A stretch of 64,000 bases of DNA from Felis catus (taxonomy: Eukaryota). The translations under genes were made by a program, and so were the position numbers. Location of the stretch: positions 67,396,001 through 67,460,000 of the forward strand of contig NC_058368.1 of the NCBI RefSeq assembly GCF_018350175.1. Reading direction: 5' to 3'. Position 1 is the first letter of the stretch, and the number at the start of each line of letters is the position of its first letter. Shown one piece after another: positions 23,655 to 35,452 of this stretch. The notes beneath the pieces were generated by a model, which was not told the origin of the DNA, searched no databases, and saw only the letters and a program-made list of their open reading frames with translations.

Positions 23655-25960
23655 GGGAAGAGGGGAACTTTCCCAACTTGGTAAAGACTAGCTACAACAA
23701 ACACCTACAGCTAATATCACGCTTGGTGGAAAAACTCAAAGCTTCCCCACTAAGATCAGGTACAAAGCAAGGAAGTCCCTTTTCACTGCTGCTTTTCAAC
23801 ATTGTACTAGAAGTCCTTGCTAATGCAATAAGGCAAGGAAAGGAAGTAACAAATACACAGATTGGGGAGGAAGATACAGAATTTCTTTGTTTGCAGATGA
23901 CATTAATGTCTTTATAGAAAATCCAAAAGAATTGGCAAAACAAACAAACAAAACCCCACAACAACCCCAGAACTAACAACCAGGTATAGCAAAGTTGTGG
24001 GATAGAAGGTTAATATACTAAAGTCAACTGCTTTCCTATATTCCTTAATGGAAAGGTAGAATTTGAAATTAAAAACACATCATCCTTTACATTAGTACCC
24101 CAAAAATGAATACTTATGTATGAACCCAACAAAATATGTATGAGATCTAGGGGCACCTGGTTGGCTCAGCAGGTTAAATGTCCGACTCTTGATTTTGGCT
24201 CAGGTCATGATCTCATGGTTGTGGGATCAAGCCCAGAGTCAGGCTCCATCCTGGGCATGGGACCTGCTTAAGGTTCTCTCTCTCTCCCTCTCCCTCTGCC
24301 CCTTCCCTGCTTATGTTCTCATATGCATACACACTCTCTCTCAAAAAAATAAAATAAAATAAAACATGTAAAATATCTATAGGAGGGAAACTACAAACTT
24401 CTGAAGAGCAAATCAAAGAACTAAATAAATGAATATCTGTGTTAATGGATAAGAAGACTCAATATTGTCAAAATGTCAATTTTCCCTACGTCGATCTACA
24501 GAGTCAATGCAACCCTAATCAAAATCCCAGCAAGTTACTTTGTGGTTAACAACAAACTGATTCTAAAGTTTGTATGAAGAAGCAAAAGTCCTAAAATAGC
24601 CAACGAGGTATTGAAGGAGAAGGACAAAGTTGGAGGACTGATGCTACTCAACTTTATGACTTACTATATAAAGCTACAGTAATCAAGACAGTGTGGTATT
24701 GTCCAAGGAACAGACAAGCAGATCAGTGGAGCAGAAGAGAGAGCCAAGAAATAAACCCATATAAATATCACCACCTGATCTTTGACAAAGGAGCAAAAAC
24801 AATACAATGGAACAAAGACAGTTTCTTCAACAATGGTACTGGAAAAACTGGACATCCACAAAGAAATGAATGTTGACACAGACTTCACATCCTTTACAAA
24901 ATCAAACTCAAAGGGATCACCAACCTAAATGTAAAAGGCCAAACTATAAAACTCCTAAAAATAACATAGAAGAAAACCTAGATGATCTCGATGATGCCTT
25001 TTTAGATTCAACACCAGAGACACAATCCATGAAAGAAATAATTGAGGGCGCCTGGGTGGCTCAGTTGGTTAAGCAAACAACTCTTCATTTTGACTCAGGT
25101 CATGATCGCATGGTTCATGAGTTCAAGCCCCACACGGGGTTCCGCAATGTCACAGTGTGGAGCCTGCTTGGGATTCTCTCTCTCCCTCCTTCTCTGCCCC
25201 TCCCTCATGTGTGCGTGTGTTCTCTCTCAAAATAAATAAATAAAAATTTTAAAGAGAAATAACTGATAAACAAGACTTCATTAAAATTCAAAACTTCTGT
25301 TCTGCAAAAGACAATGTGAAGAAAATGAGAAAACAAGCCACAGACTGGGAGAAAACATTTGCTAAACACACACAACTGATAAAAGACTGTTACCCAAAAT
25401 ATACAAAGAACTCTTAAAACTCAACAAAAAGAAAACAACTACAAAATAGTCCAAAGACTATAATAGACACCTCACCAAAGAAGATACACAGATGGCAATT
25501 AAGCATAGGAAAAGATGCTCCACATAACGTGTCATTAGGGAAATGCAAATTTAAACAATGAGATACCACCCTACACCCATTAGAATCACCAAAATCCAGA
25601 GCATTGACATCAGCAAATGCTGGCAAGGAAGTGGAGCAACAGGAACTCTCACCCATTGCTGGTGGGAATGCAAAATGATACAGCCACTTAGATTACCTAT
25701 GTCCATACAGAAACCTGCACACGTATCAGTTTATAGCAGCATTATTCATAATTGCCAAAGCTTGGAAGCAACCAAGATGTTCTTCAGTAAGTGACCAGAT
25801 AAATGAGACATGGAAGGACATTAAGTGCATTTTATTAAGTAAAAGAAACCAATCTGAAAAGGCTAAATCCTGAGTGATACCAACTATATGACATTCTGGA
25901 GAAGGCAAAATTACAGAGACAGTAAAAAGACCAGTGGTTGCCAGAGGTTGGTTAAGGGTG
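23655..25960 (+). mobile_element. Old L1M ORF2 RT/C-terminus and 3'UTR, interrupted by SINECs at about 24150-24362 and 25044-25250
   Basis: ORF 23678..23917 has GTKQGSPFSLLLFNIVLEVLA (RT motif); tttgcagatgac; HCWWECK at ORF 25558. Confidence 0.92.
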
Positions 25961-26034
25961 TGGGGAATGAATTTGGTCACAGCGTTATAAGATGCATATT
26001 TTAACCTATGTCTCTCTGACTGCAAAACGCATGC

Positions 26035-26236
26035 GTTTTTTTTCTTTTTGTTTTTCTAATGTTCATTATTTTTGAAAGACAGAGCAGGGGAGGGGCAGAG
26101 AGAGGGGGAGACAGAGAATCTGAAGCAGGCTCTGCGCTGACAGCAAAGAGCCCAACGCAGAGCTCAAATTCACAAACCGTGAGACTGTGACCTGAGCTGG
26201 TCAGATGCTTAGCCAACTGAGCAACCCAGGCACCCC
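26035..26236 (-). mobile_element. SINEC
   Basis: Canonical body; degenerate TSD caaaacgcatgc/caaaatgcatgc. Confidence 0.88.
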
Positions 26237-28149
26237 AAAATGCATGCTTTTTTCTACCCCAACACTATCTCCACTGAAAAACTGCAACCAGGGTCAGAAA
26301 TTCACTGACATAGATTCCAAAATCTGCCTGTAGTGCTAAAGCATGGACAGGAATCTGAGTCTTCCAGCTGCGAAAACAAAAGTTCTTCTTAAAATGAGTC
26401 TAAGTCCTGTTATGATACACTGGTATTTTTTAATTTCATTAAAAAAAAATTTGACAACCACATCATTGGCACACACTGGCCTTTACACATGGCCATGAGA
26501 CTTCCCCAGCTTTTGGAGGTCTCTATAAACACAAATTCATGACTGCAGGCTAAAGTCAAATAGTTATTTAAACAAAATCAATTGTCTTCCTATAAATCTT
26601 ATCATAGGCCAAATATCCTCACATGTCCGAACCTGGAGTTGAAATAATTGTAACATCTTGGACCCCCAGGTGGCCTATGTGCCAACTATTCTTAGCAGCA
26701 GACTTGACTTCCCCTCCCTGAATCACCGCTTCTTACAGCATCATCACTGCAACCCCTGGCCTTCTTCCTGTACCACCGCTATTCACCTCCTAGGAAAGGC
26801 GTGAGGCCTTGCAGAGATCCTGAGGAGTCACAGCTCACTACCAAGAAGCCAGTGTGGAAATCAACACCACATGTCAGATGCCATTTGCTGAGACTTCCTT
26901 ATGCTGCATGTGCATTAGCTCATGGAATTCTCAGAACAGCCCTAAAAGATACCTACTACTAATGTTCTCATTTTCCAGATGAGGAAACTGAGGTCTAGAT
27001 GTTAACTGACTTGCATGGTGGAATAGTTAGGATTCAAACCCAGACAGTCTAACTCTGGAATTGTCACCCTAAAGGGCTCACACTGCTCAGTCCATCAAGA
27101 GACAATGGCAAGGCACCTAAGAGAGCAGAGTTTATCTATACCACACTAAGTAGGAATAAATGGTCTGGGCAATCCTACCTTTACATGGTCACACTGTTAT
27201 TCAGAGACTCTGCTGAGTGGCCAACTTGGCAGGTGTCAGTCATTAAATAAAACGAAGCCCTTACCTTTATTCATGTGTATCATTCAAACTTGAAAATCTT
27301 TACTAACACCTATTTCTATAGTAACTAAAAGAATGAAAAAAATATTCATAAACATAAAATTTCTGTATGTTATAGCTGTTAACATATCACTGATTGCTAC
27401 CAAAGCTCAATTATTTTTAATGTCTAAATAGAACCTATTCTATTCATTGTTTAATAGATGTATTTATAAAAGGCCATATCAACACTATTTATAAATATGT
27501 ACATGGCATTTATGAAACAAATAAGCAATTAGCAACATTAGGTGTCATTTGAGGATTATATCTCAGGGTTGTGTACCCAAGGCTAAACACTAAGCCTTTC
27601 TAACAGTATTCTGTCCCAATTGTTCACCTATCTTAAGTACACTTCTCTCAAGGCTCCTGTTGGGTCAGTCCTAAGCACTAATGACCACACCATAATCTGT
27701 GCCTACACCCAGTTCTCTGCATTTACTCACGCTGCTAGTACCTAAGTCCACTGAGGCTTTTTTTTCCTCCCAGTAAACTCTACTCCTACCATGGGGCTCG
27801 AACTCACAACCCTAAGATCAAGAGTCACATGCTCTACTGACTGAACCAGCCAGGCGCCCATTCACTGAGGCCTTTTAATTCATATTTAGCCAAAGTGACT
27901 ACAATGTAAGGATATGAAATCAGTTTTGTCAGCCTGTTGCTTCTTTGATAACTTTATCAAACATTGTTGATACCCTTTGCATTTTCTCCATCTAATCAAT
28001 AAAAAAATATATACAACTGATTTCTATTATACTAAAAAATTACAATATTTATCTTAGCTCAATGTCTAACCTGTAAAAGTTAGAGATTAAACACAGAAAA
28101 GCAAGAGGTTTCAATTTTTTTAATACTATTGTTACATTAATAAAATATA

Positions 28150-28615
28150 TTTTATTTTACTTTTTAATGTTTATTTATTTTGAGAGAAAGAGAGAGAGAG
28201 TACACATGCAAGTGGGGTAGAGACAGAGAGAGGGAGACAGAGAATCCTAAGCAGACTCCATGCTCAGCACAGAGGCAGCCCCCAGGTTAGATCACTGGGC
28301 TAGATCTCATCCCTGAGCCAGAAAATCAAGAGCAGGATGCTTAACCAACTGAGACACCCAGGTGCCCCATAAAATATATTTAAAATACTACATGTTCAGG
28401 GGTGCCTGGGTGGCTCAGTTGGTTAAGCTTCTGACTTCGGCTCAGGTCATGATCTCACGGTTTGTGGGTTCAAGCCCACAAAGTCAGGCTCTGTGCTGAC
28501 AACTGGGAGCCTGGAGCCTGCTTCAGATTCTGTGTCTCCCTCTCTCTCTGCCCCTCCCCCACTGGCACTCTGTGTGTGTGTCTCTCTCAAAAATAAACAT
28601 TAAAAAAATTTTTTT
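28150..28615. mobile_element. Two head-to-head SINECs (about 28150-28368 minus; 28398-28615 plus)
   Basis: Heads ccaggtgcccc and ggggtgcctggg about 30 nt apart. Confidence 0.9.
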
Positions 28616-29276
28616 AAATACCAGTTCAAGTAACAAATACTGTTGTTCTATATCATTAATATTGTTACATTAGTCAGTGTTCTTGGTCTTAGGAGATATG
28701 CAAACTGAACTACTTAGGAGTCTGGAACTCACTGGCCAAGGGTTCAAAAATAATATGTATATATAGAATGAGAAAATAAACCAAATGTGGCAAATGTTAA
28801 CAACTGGAGAATCTGGGTGAGGGGTTTATGAAGTTCTTTGCACTATTCTTACAACTTTTCAGCAAGCTTTAAAATATCTTGAAATAAAAGCCCTACAAAT
28901 TTAATCATTCCAGATCATCTGGGGCCAGACCTCGACAGCAATTTGTACCTGGTTTATTTCTCATTACATCAATTAGGGGGAGGACACAGTTTCTTAAACA
29001 GCCAGCGTTTATAAAGAGGACTTTCAGCAAAGCACGACAGACAACATTGCTTGTTTAATTATTAATCCTCTGGTTGTCTACAGAAGGTAACAAACCATGT
29101 CAGCTGTTGGTTAAAATTACTATTTTGCTTAACTATGTTGTTTCTTCTGATTTACAGTAAAAATCTCACGAAGGGGAAAAAAAAATCGGTGATCTAGGAA
29201 AGGACTCTCAATACCGAGGTGGGAATCGAGGATGTTAAACTGGATTATGAATCGGAATCACAACGCAGCGTCCCAC

Positions 29277-29837
29277 CTGGTAGTAGCTGGCTTTGGTCTC
29301 GATCATCAGCTGCTGGGTCGAGATTATCTTTTTCCTGCGTTTACACTCTTCCTTGAGTAACTTGATCTCGCCGGCCTGCTTGGTGAGGAGCTTCCTGCTC
29401 TGCTCGCCATCGGCCAGGCTCAGGCGCAGCCGCTCTTCCAGGTGGTGCAGCTGCGAGGTGAGGAACTCCTGCGAGTGCAGCAGGTACTCGATGGTGAGCT
29501 GCGCCAGGCGGATGAGCTTCAGCAGCACCGGATCCACCCCCGACTGGCAGTGCGGGCACTTCTCGTCCTCCAGCTTGCAGAAGGTGATGTTCATGATGTT
29601 CTCCTGCAGCGTGAGCACGTCCACGGCGCCCGCCACCTTGTCCACGTCGATGGCGCTCAGCCGCCGCCAGTCGACGCTCTCCAGCCGCGGCCGGAATTGG
29701 AAGAAGGGCAGGGGGACCGACGCCACGCTGGGGGGGCCACAGGCCATCGTGGCCGCTCCCGCCGCGGCAGCTGCTGCGGGGGCGTCGGGTCCTTCCAGGC
29801 CGCTGGCCAGCGGGTAGTAGACGTGCTTCTGAAAGGG
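29277..29837 (-). CDS. DZIP1: DZIP1 large coding exon ([10 protein letters not shown]...IETKASYYQ), Dzip-like N-terminal domain, 561 nt
   Basis: Acceptor ccccgcag|CCC, donor CAG|gtggga; [23 protein letters not shown]...CPHC motif of the DZIP1 family. Confidence 0.98.
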
Positions 29838-29948
29838 CTGCGGGGAGGAGGCAGCGTAGGGGTGGTGAGGGTGCTGGGAGTCCCGGGGAGCCCCGGCCGC
29901 CCCCAGTCCCACATCGCCAGGCAGCCCGACCTCCCCGCTCTCACTTAC

Positions 29949-29951
29949 CAT
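29949..29951 (-). CDS. DZIP1: DZIP1 start codon, the last 3 nt of the first coding exon
   Basis: ccaAGCATG|gtaagtga: A at -3, consensus donor; splicing gives MPFQKHVYY; in-frame TAG upstream at 30006-30008. Confidence 0.85.
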
Positions 29952-30094
29952 GCTTGGAAGCAAACCCGCGGCCTCAGCGGGTATCCGAGGAGGGGGCGGT
30001 CCCGTCTACCCGGCCCCGGCCGCCTCCCGGGCCGCCGCCGCCCCACCCTTCGGGAGCGGGAGATGGCCTGGTCTCGGGCGGCGGCGGCGGCGGC
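29952..30094 (-). other. DZIP1: DZIP1 5'UTR part of the first coding exon (5' boundary uncertain)
   Basis: Candidate acceptor ccttag|GCC at 30095-30096 has a weak pyrimidine tract; the exon could instead begin at a proximal TSS. Confidence 0.5.
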
Positions 30095-30116
30095 CTAAGG
30101 TCTGGGCGTCCAGGCC

Positions 30117-30130
30117 GTTGCTATGGCAGC
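30117..30130. promoter_or_regulatory. RFX X-box-like motif GTTGCTATGGCAGC
   Basis: One mismatch from GTTGCYATGGCAAC; RFX factors are established regulators of ciliary genes. Confidence 0.65.
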
Positions 30131-30822
30131 GCCCTGACCCGGACTTAGAGCAAAGGGCGCGCCAGCCCCCGCACAGTCAGCGTGCGCCCAGGGCCCTGCG
30201 GGACCAGAGGAGACCTCGTGGGCGAGCCCGTCCACGGAAGAGGGCACTTCCTGAGCGCCAGCTCACCGGGCCACCACCCTCCCTGGCTCTGGGGCTGAGC
30301 CTCCCTGTCCTTAAGGAGTGGGGAGCCACATCTCCGGGAACTTTCCGTTCCGGCCGCTAGCCTCCGGTTATTCACCCCTGTCCTCACCTTAGATTTTGAG
30401 ATCAGAAATGCCTATTCATCCTCCTCTTTTACACACAGACTTAAGAAACGTTAAACAAAACTATGTAAAATTAAATGGGATGGAGGGGAATTGGCTTCAA
30501 AACAGCAGGAAGACACTTTTGGGGCTATAACAGAAATATTCTGTTTTGATTGTGCTTGCTGTTTGTTGATTACCCGGGTATATACATTTGCCAAAACTTA
30601 TCGAATTGTGCATTGAAAATTAAGGGTGCATTTGTACATTATATCTCAATAAAGTTTTAAAAATTAAAATAGTGGCAGAGCTAATTATATCTGACGGCAG
30701 GCTTTCTAAATTTCTTACACCTGAAATACTTTTTAAAATGGGGTCTCTTTTCCTCTATGGATTGCCTACATATAAAAATAAGATACTGGTAAGTACAAGA
30801 CACTGATAAAAGTACAAATTAA

Positions 30823-31052
30823 GGGGCGCCTGGGTGGCTCAGTCGGTTAAGTGTCCGACGTCAGCTCAGGTCACGATCTCGATCTCGCGGCTTTTGAGTT
30901 GGAGCCCCGCACGAGCCCCGCACGCATTGGGCTCTGTGCTGACAGCTTGGAGCCTGGATCCTGCTTCGGATTCTGTGTCCTCTCTCTCTGCCCCTCCCCC
31001 GCTCATGCTCGCTCTCTCTCTGTCTCAAAAGTAAATAAACATTAAAAAAAAA
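30823..31052 (+). mobile_element. SINEC_Fc with two internal micro-duplications
   Basis: Canonical head; near-TSD aaaagtacaa(a/c)ttaagg. Confidence 0.92.
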
Positions 31053-31247
31053 AGTACAACTTAAGGAACTTCCACAGATACTATTAATACTTTTTGTACT
31101 TGTCTTCCCAAAAGGATACCTTTTCAAAATGTGAAGGTAAAAAAATTATATATATATAAGTATATAAATATAAATATATATATATATGGAGGGGAACTTT
31201 AACCATCAGCTTTGTCCCATCAAGTTTTAGAGGGCCCCGGTGTTTAC

Positions 31248-31475
31248 CTTACAAACTTGTGAGGCAGCTGCATTCTGTGATCTGCAGAGATCTGCAGCAT
31301 CTGCTGCTAGTTGCTCTAGCAGCAACTTGTAGACATCAGGCCTTTCATTCTTGGGGTCTTTTGGGTGATGCCTGTGGCTACCACAGAGATCAATGAGCTG
31401 AGGAAAAGCCAGACATTCCTCAATCCACCGGGGTGTCCCTGCGTGGACCAACCATCAGGAATTTTTTTTTCTTTC
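31248..31475 (-). other. DZIP1: Probable DZIP1 non-coding 5'UTR exon
   Basis: Acceptor ttttcctttctcctactcac...gttag|GAA, donor AAG|gtaaac; unique sequence between the two CpG islands. Confidence 0.5.
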
Positions 31476-32086
31476 CTAACAGCCAGATATGTGAGTAGGA
31501 GAAAGGAAAATACCATTCAGAGTAACTTCAAGCAAAGTTGTAATATCAAATATTTTTAGCACTCCCAGATATTGTGAACTAGAAATAAATCCATATAAAA
31601 ACATCCAAGAAATAAAGCATGCAGTTCATATGACTTCATATAAACTGTACATCCAAACAACTTTTAATGGGTCTTTAGGAAAAAAGAACTATTAACGGTT
31701 CACTGCAGCCAGTATAAAATTAAAGATCTAGGTTCAAAGTTTGATTCTTCCATATACTTGCTGCTTGACCTAGAACAAGTTATGTCAGTCCTAGGCCTCA
31801 GTTTCCCTATCTGTTTAAAGGACGTCAGGTTACCGACCTGGCAGGTCTGTGTCCTGTGGGCTCCATCCACTGGACTGCAGGATCAGCGGGAACAAGGGCC
31901 GTGATTTCTTTTGCTCACCGTGTGTCCCCAGCACCTAACAACGGACAGGCACAGTGAGGAGCTGAGAATTTGCCAAATGGACACGTGGATAAAGAATGAT
32001 TGAATGGATTAGGCGCTTAAATAACTGTTGGCTCCCGGCCGGTATCCCTCCTATTTTCTGTGCCTCTGGCCTCTTAAGGAATTCAC

Positions 32087-32384
32087 CCGTGCTCTGGGCC
32101 CAGGCCCTTGGAGCTGAATGAGAGGGCTGGTCCGCACGCCCCCACTGCGGTCCAGGGAAGAGGCGCGCGGGACTGAGGTGCCCATCTCTGTTCGCCGCCG
32201 CCACTCCGGCCCAGAGCGCCGCGCTGCTGGCCATCCTTGCCCCTTTGGTTGAATCTCGGTCGCAAGATGGCCGGAACAGGAAAGAAGGGGGCACGCTTTC
32301 CCGTTCCCTCCGTCCCCCATCCCGGGGCTGGGCAGCAGCCCCGCGCGGCGCAACCAGTCCTTGGTGCACTGCAGGGCCGGCCAG
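32087..32384 (-). other. DZIP1: Probable DZIP1 non-coding 5'UTR exon
   Basis: Acceptor cctttgtctttgcgggttcag|CTG, donor CGG|gtgaat; inside the CpG island. Confidence 0.45.
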
Positions 32385-32615
32385 CTGAACCCGCAAAGAC
32401 AAAGGCCGGGCTGGGTGGGCTCCAGCGAGGGCTCGGCGCCACCCGTTAGAAGGTAAACTGAGGGTGGGGGCTGCCGCAGCCTTGCCAGCGGGGTCTGCAG
32501 TGCCTCGGCTCGCAGCCGGGGAAAGCGGGCGGAGGCCCTGGCTTCGCGGGCCCCGAGATGCGCGGTCCGCCGCAAGCTCCCAAGGTCTCCGGGCGCATCC
32601 CGGGCCTCGGCTCAC

Positions 32616-32950
32616 CCCAGTTGCGCGCTCCTTGGCGGGCGCCGGGCGCTGCAGGCGGACTGGGGCGACGCTGGGGGCCCAGACCCCAGAGGCGCTGCTG
32701 GCGCAAGCGGGGCCGGCGGAGGCAGAGGAGCAGCCGAGCGGGAGGCGGCGGGCCGGCTCCTTCTTCCAGGGCGCAGGATGAAGCCTGTCTGGTTTGGGCA
32801 AGTTGCGGCGTGGCGGGCCTGGCGCCGTTGGGGCCTTTCCAGACTCGCGGCCGCTGGCGCCTTGGGATCCCCCACCCCCCACCCGCCCCCCTCCCCTCTG
32901 CGATCTCCCTTCGGCCTCTCCTCTCGGCGTCCCAGCTCCTCTGGCAGCTG
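32616..32950 (-). other. DZIP1: Probable DZIP1 non-coding first exon (TSS approximate)
   Basis: Donor GGG|gtgagc with GT at 32615-32614, in the core of the CpG island. Confidence 0.45.
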
Positions 32951-33886
32951 GGCGGGACCGCGCGCGTCTAGACCGCAGCACTAAAATGCGCTCCGCCAAT
33001 CCCGCCGTTGGTGCAGACACGTGGTGCCGGGGCGCGCTCTGTTGCTGGCGTGGGATGTTCTTCCCAGAAAGGCTTTTCAAAGAGAAACCAGGTTCAGTCC
33101 AATCCTTCGGGTGGCCTGGCCCTCACCATAGGGGCTTTCTGTGAACTCGCTCCCAAGAAGAGAGGAGTTTTCATTGCAGAAGTCTGCAGATGCAAGGAAC
33201 CTTAAAGAGGCTATCTAATGCAGCTGTGCATTTGAGTGACGTGGAAAACGGGATTAGGGTCTGTGCACAGAAGCACATACGGAGTAAACCCACGTAGGTT
33301 TCCGCGTTCTTTCGGTTTTGTCCACTTCAGGACGCGAGGCACGTATCTCTGTTGGTACAAAGTTTGACAGTGGGGGGAGACGGGATGTCGCAGTTCAAGA
33401 GTAGTGTAGTTATTTTTTTAACCTAAAATTGGAACACTTGGTCTGACAATTGGACAAAATTCAGTATTTTAAAATAAGTAGTAATCCGGAAAGTATGTAT
33501 TCATGTATCATTTATAACAGCCATGAGCTTGACCCAGATTGAGGAATTTGAGTGCGTATTTTGCATAATTTTAGCGTCTGCTCTAGCAAAAAAAATGTTC
33601 TTCACTTAGAAAGGAGTAACTACAGAATCTTTTCAGGATGGTAACATGTTTTCCCTGTGATTCTCCCTGACCCAATCAATTTTGTACCGCATTTTATTTA
33701 GCACAAGTCTTCAAGCATAGTAGTAGCTTAATAAGTATTTATGTGAATTCCTTCCTTTAGTTTTTACTTGAAATCATGAGGCCTTGCACAGCCTTGGTGA
33801 GATTTTTAAATGTGTTGAATTTTAAAATGCTTCAATTCGAAAGTGAATCCAAGATCCCATAAGAATCCTCTAAAGTAGAATGGGTA

Positions 33887-34202
33887 GGGGGCACCTGAGT
33901 GGCTCCCTGGGTTAAGCTTCTGACTTGGGCTCAGGTCATGATCTCACAGTTGGTGAGTCTGAGCCCTGCCTCGGGCTCTGTGCTGATAGCTCAAAGCCTG
34001 GAGGCTGCTTCAGACTGTGTATCTCCCTCTCTCACTGTGCCTCCCATGTTCATGCTCTGTCTCTCTCTCTCTCTCAAAAATAAATAAACTTAAAAAAAAA
34101 ATTAGAATGGGTAAAGATCTCTAGGTAGAATTTTCAGGCATTATGAAGTAGAAAGGCCATTGCTTTTGCAAAGTCTATGCTCTGTAGCCCTTTCTGGTAT
34201 GT

Positions 34203-34244
<42 letters not shown>

Positions 34245-34661
34245 CATGATAGTTGAACATTATTTGATGATACACCATTTGAGTTCCTCATATCCATCAT
34301 TCCCCACGGTCAGTACCTTACCCCACATATATGGAGTTGGAAGAAATAAAGTGAACCAGTTGACTTTAGTAAGGCATGGCAATCATTCATACATTCTTGA
34401 TTCTTTCAAACTTCTCATACCAGTTAGCACAGCCCAGCAGGAAGTGGTTATGATAATTACACAATTCGCTTTTAAGAAGCTGTGTAGGGGGGCACCAGGG
34501 TGACTCAGTCAGTTAAGTGTCAGACTTCAACTCAGGTCATGATCTTGGGGTTCACAAGTTCGAGCCCTGCATCAGGCTCTGTGCTGACAGCTCAGAGACT
34601 AGAGCCTGCTTCAGAATCTGTCTCTCTGCGCCTCCCCTGCTCATGTTCTGTCTCTCTCTCT

Positions 34662-34701
<40 letters not shown>

Positions 34702-35452
34702 AAAGAGAAAGAAAGAAAAGAAAAAGAAACTAAGTATCTATCTCCAATAGACAATGAGAACTTCAGGTATTCTAGCATGTTGAGCATGTAGTAAATGCTC
34801 AGATAAGTATTTTTTGAGGACAGAAATATCCTAAAAAAGGAAAATAGAAATATTGATGAATATTGATACTTTTTTTTAATTTTTTTTTAACGTTTTATTC
34901 ATTTTTGAGACAGAGAGACAGAGCATGAACGGGGGAGGGGCAGAGAGAGGGAGTCACAGAATTGGAAGCAGGCTCCAGGCTCTGAGCCATCAGCCCAGAG
35001 CCCGACGCGGGGCTCGAACTCACGGACCGCGAGATCGTGACCTGAGCCGAAGTTGGCCGCCCAACCGACTGAGCCACCCAGGCGCCCCAGGTGAATATTG
35101 ATTCTTATAGTAAGTAAACAAAAATGTAGTTTAATTTATTTCAAAATTTTGTTTCTATTTCTCTTGTTTGAAAATAGCAAGTGTGAGAAAATGAAAATTA
35201 CATTGAGGTAGGCAGTTGGCGTAGTGATTAGCACCGTTTATTATCATTTTTTTAAGTGTATTTATTTTGAGAGACAGAGAGTGAGAGAGCATGGAAAAGG
35301 GGCAGGGAGAGGGAGTGACCGAGAATCCCAAGCAGACTCCACAGTATCAGCACAGGGTCCAATGTGGGGCTTGATCTCACAAACCGTGAGATCATGACCT
35401 GGGCCAAAATCAAGAGTTAGATGCTCAACTGACTAAGCTACCCAGATATCCC
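33887..35452. mobile_element. SINEC cluster (about 33887-34100 +, 34487-34730 +, 34870-35088 -, 35245-35452 -) with (GT)n at about 34199-34242
   Basis: Four canonical SINE bodies read directly. Confidence 0.88.

Larger units (their letters stand above)
29300..30370. promoter_or_regulatory. CpG island over the first DZIP1 coding exons; possible proximal promoter
   Basis: Very high GC and CpG density, GC boxes, X-box at 30117. Confidence 0.85.
31950..33060. promoter_or_regulatory. CpG island, distal DZIP1 promoter
   Basis: GC- and CpG-rich block with GC boxes upstream of DZIP1. Confidence 0.85.

Noticed and set aside
29293..30360. Plus-strand ORFs of 136-218 aa antisense to DZIP1
   Set aside because: Shadow frames of a GC-rich coding exon and CpG island.
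31461..31496. Plus-strand acceptor, 8 nt, then donor (ttttctttcctaacag|CCAGATAT|gtgagt)
   Set aside because: Antisense to DZIP1, no plus-strand transcript is evident, and the T-tract is the complement of an A-run in the predicted UTR exon; likely coincidence.
31935..33080. 381-aa minus-strand ORF
   Set aside because: Low-complexity Ala/Arg/Pro/Gly sequence from a stop-poor CpG island, non-ATG start, spans predicted introns.
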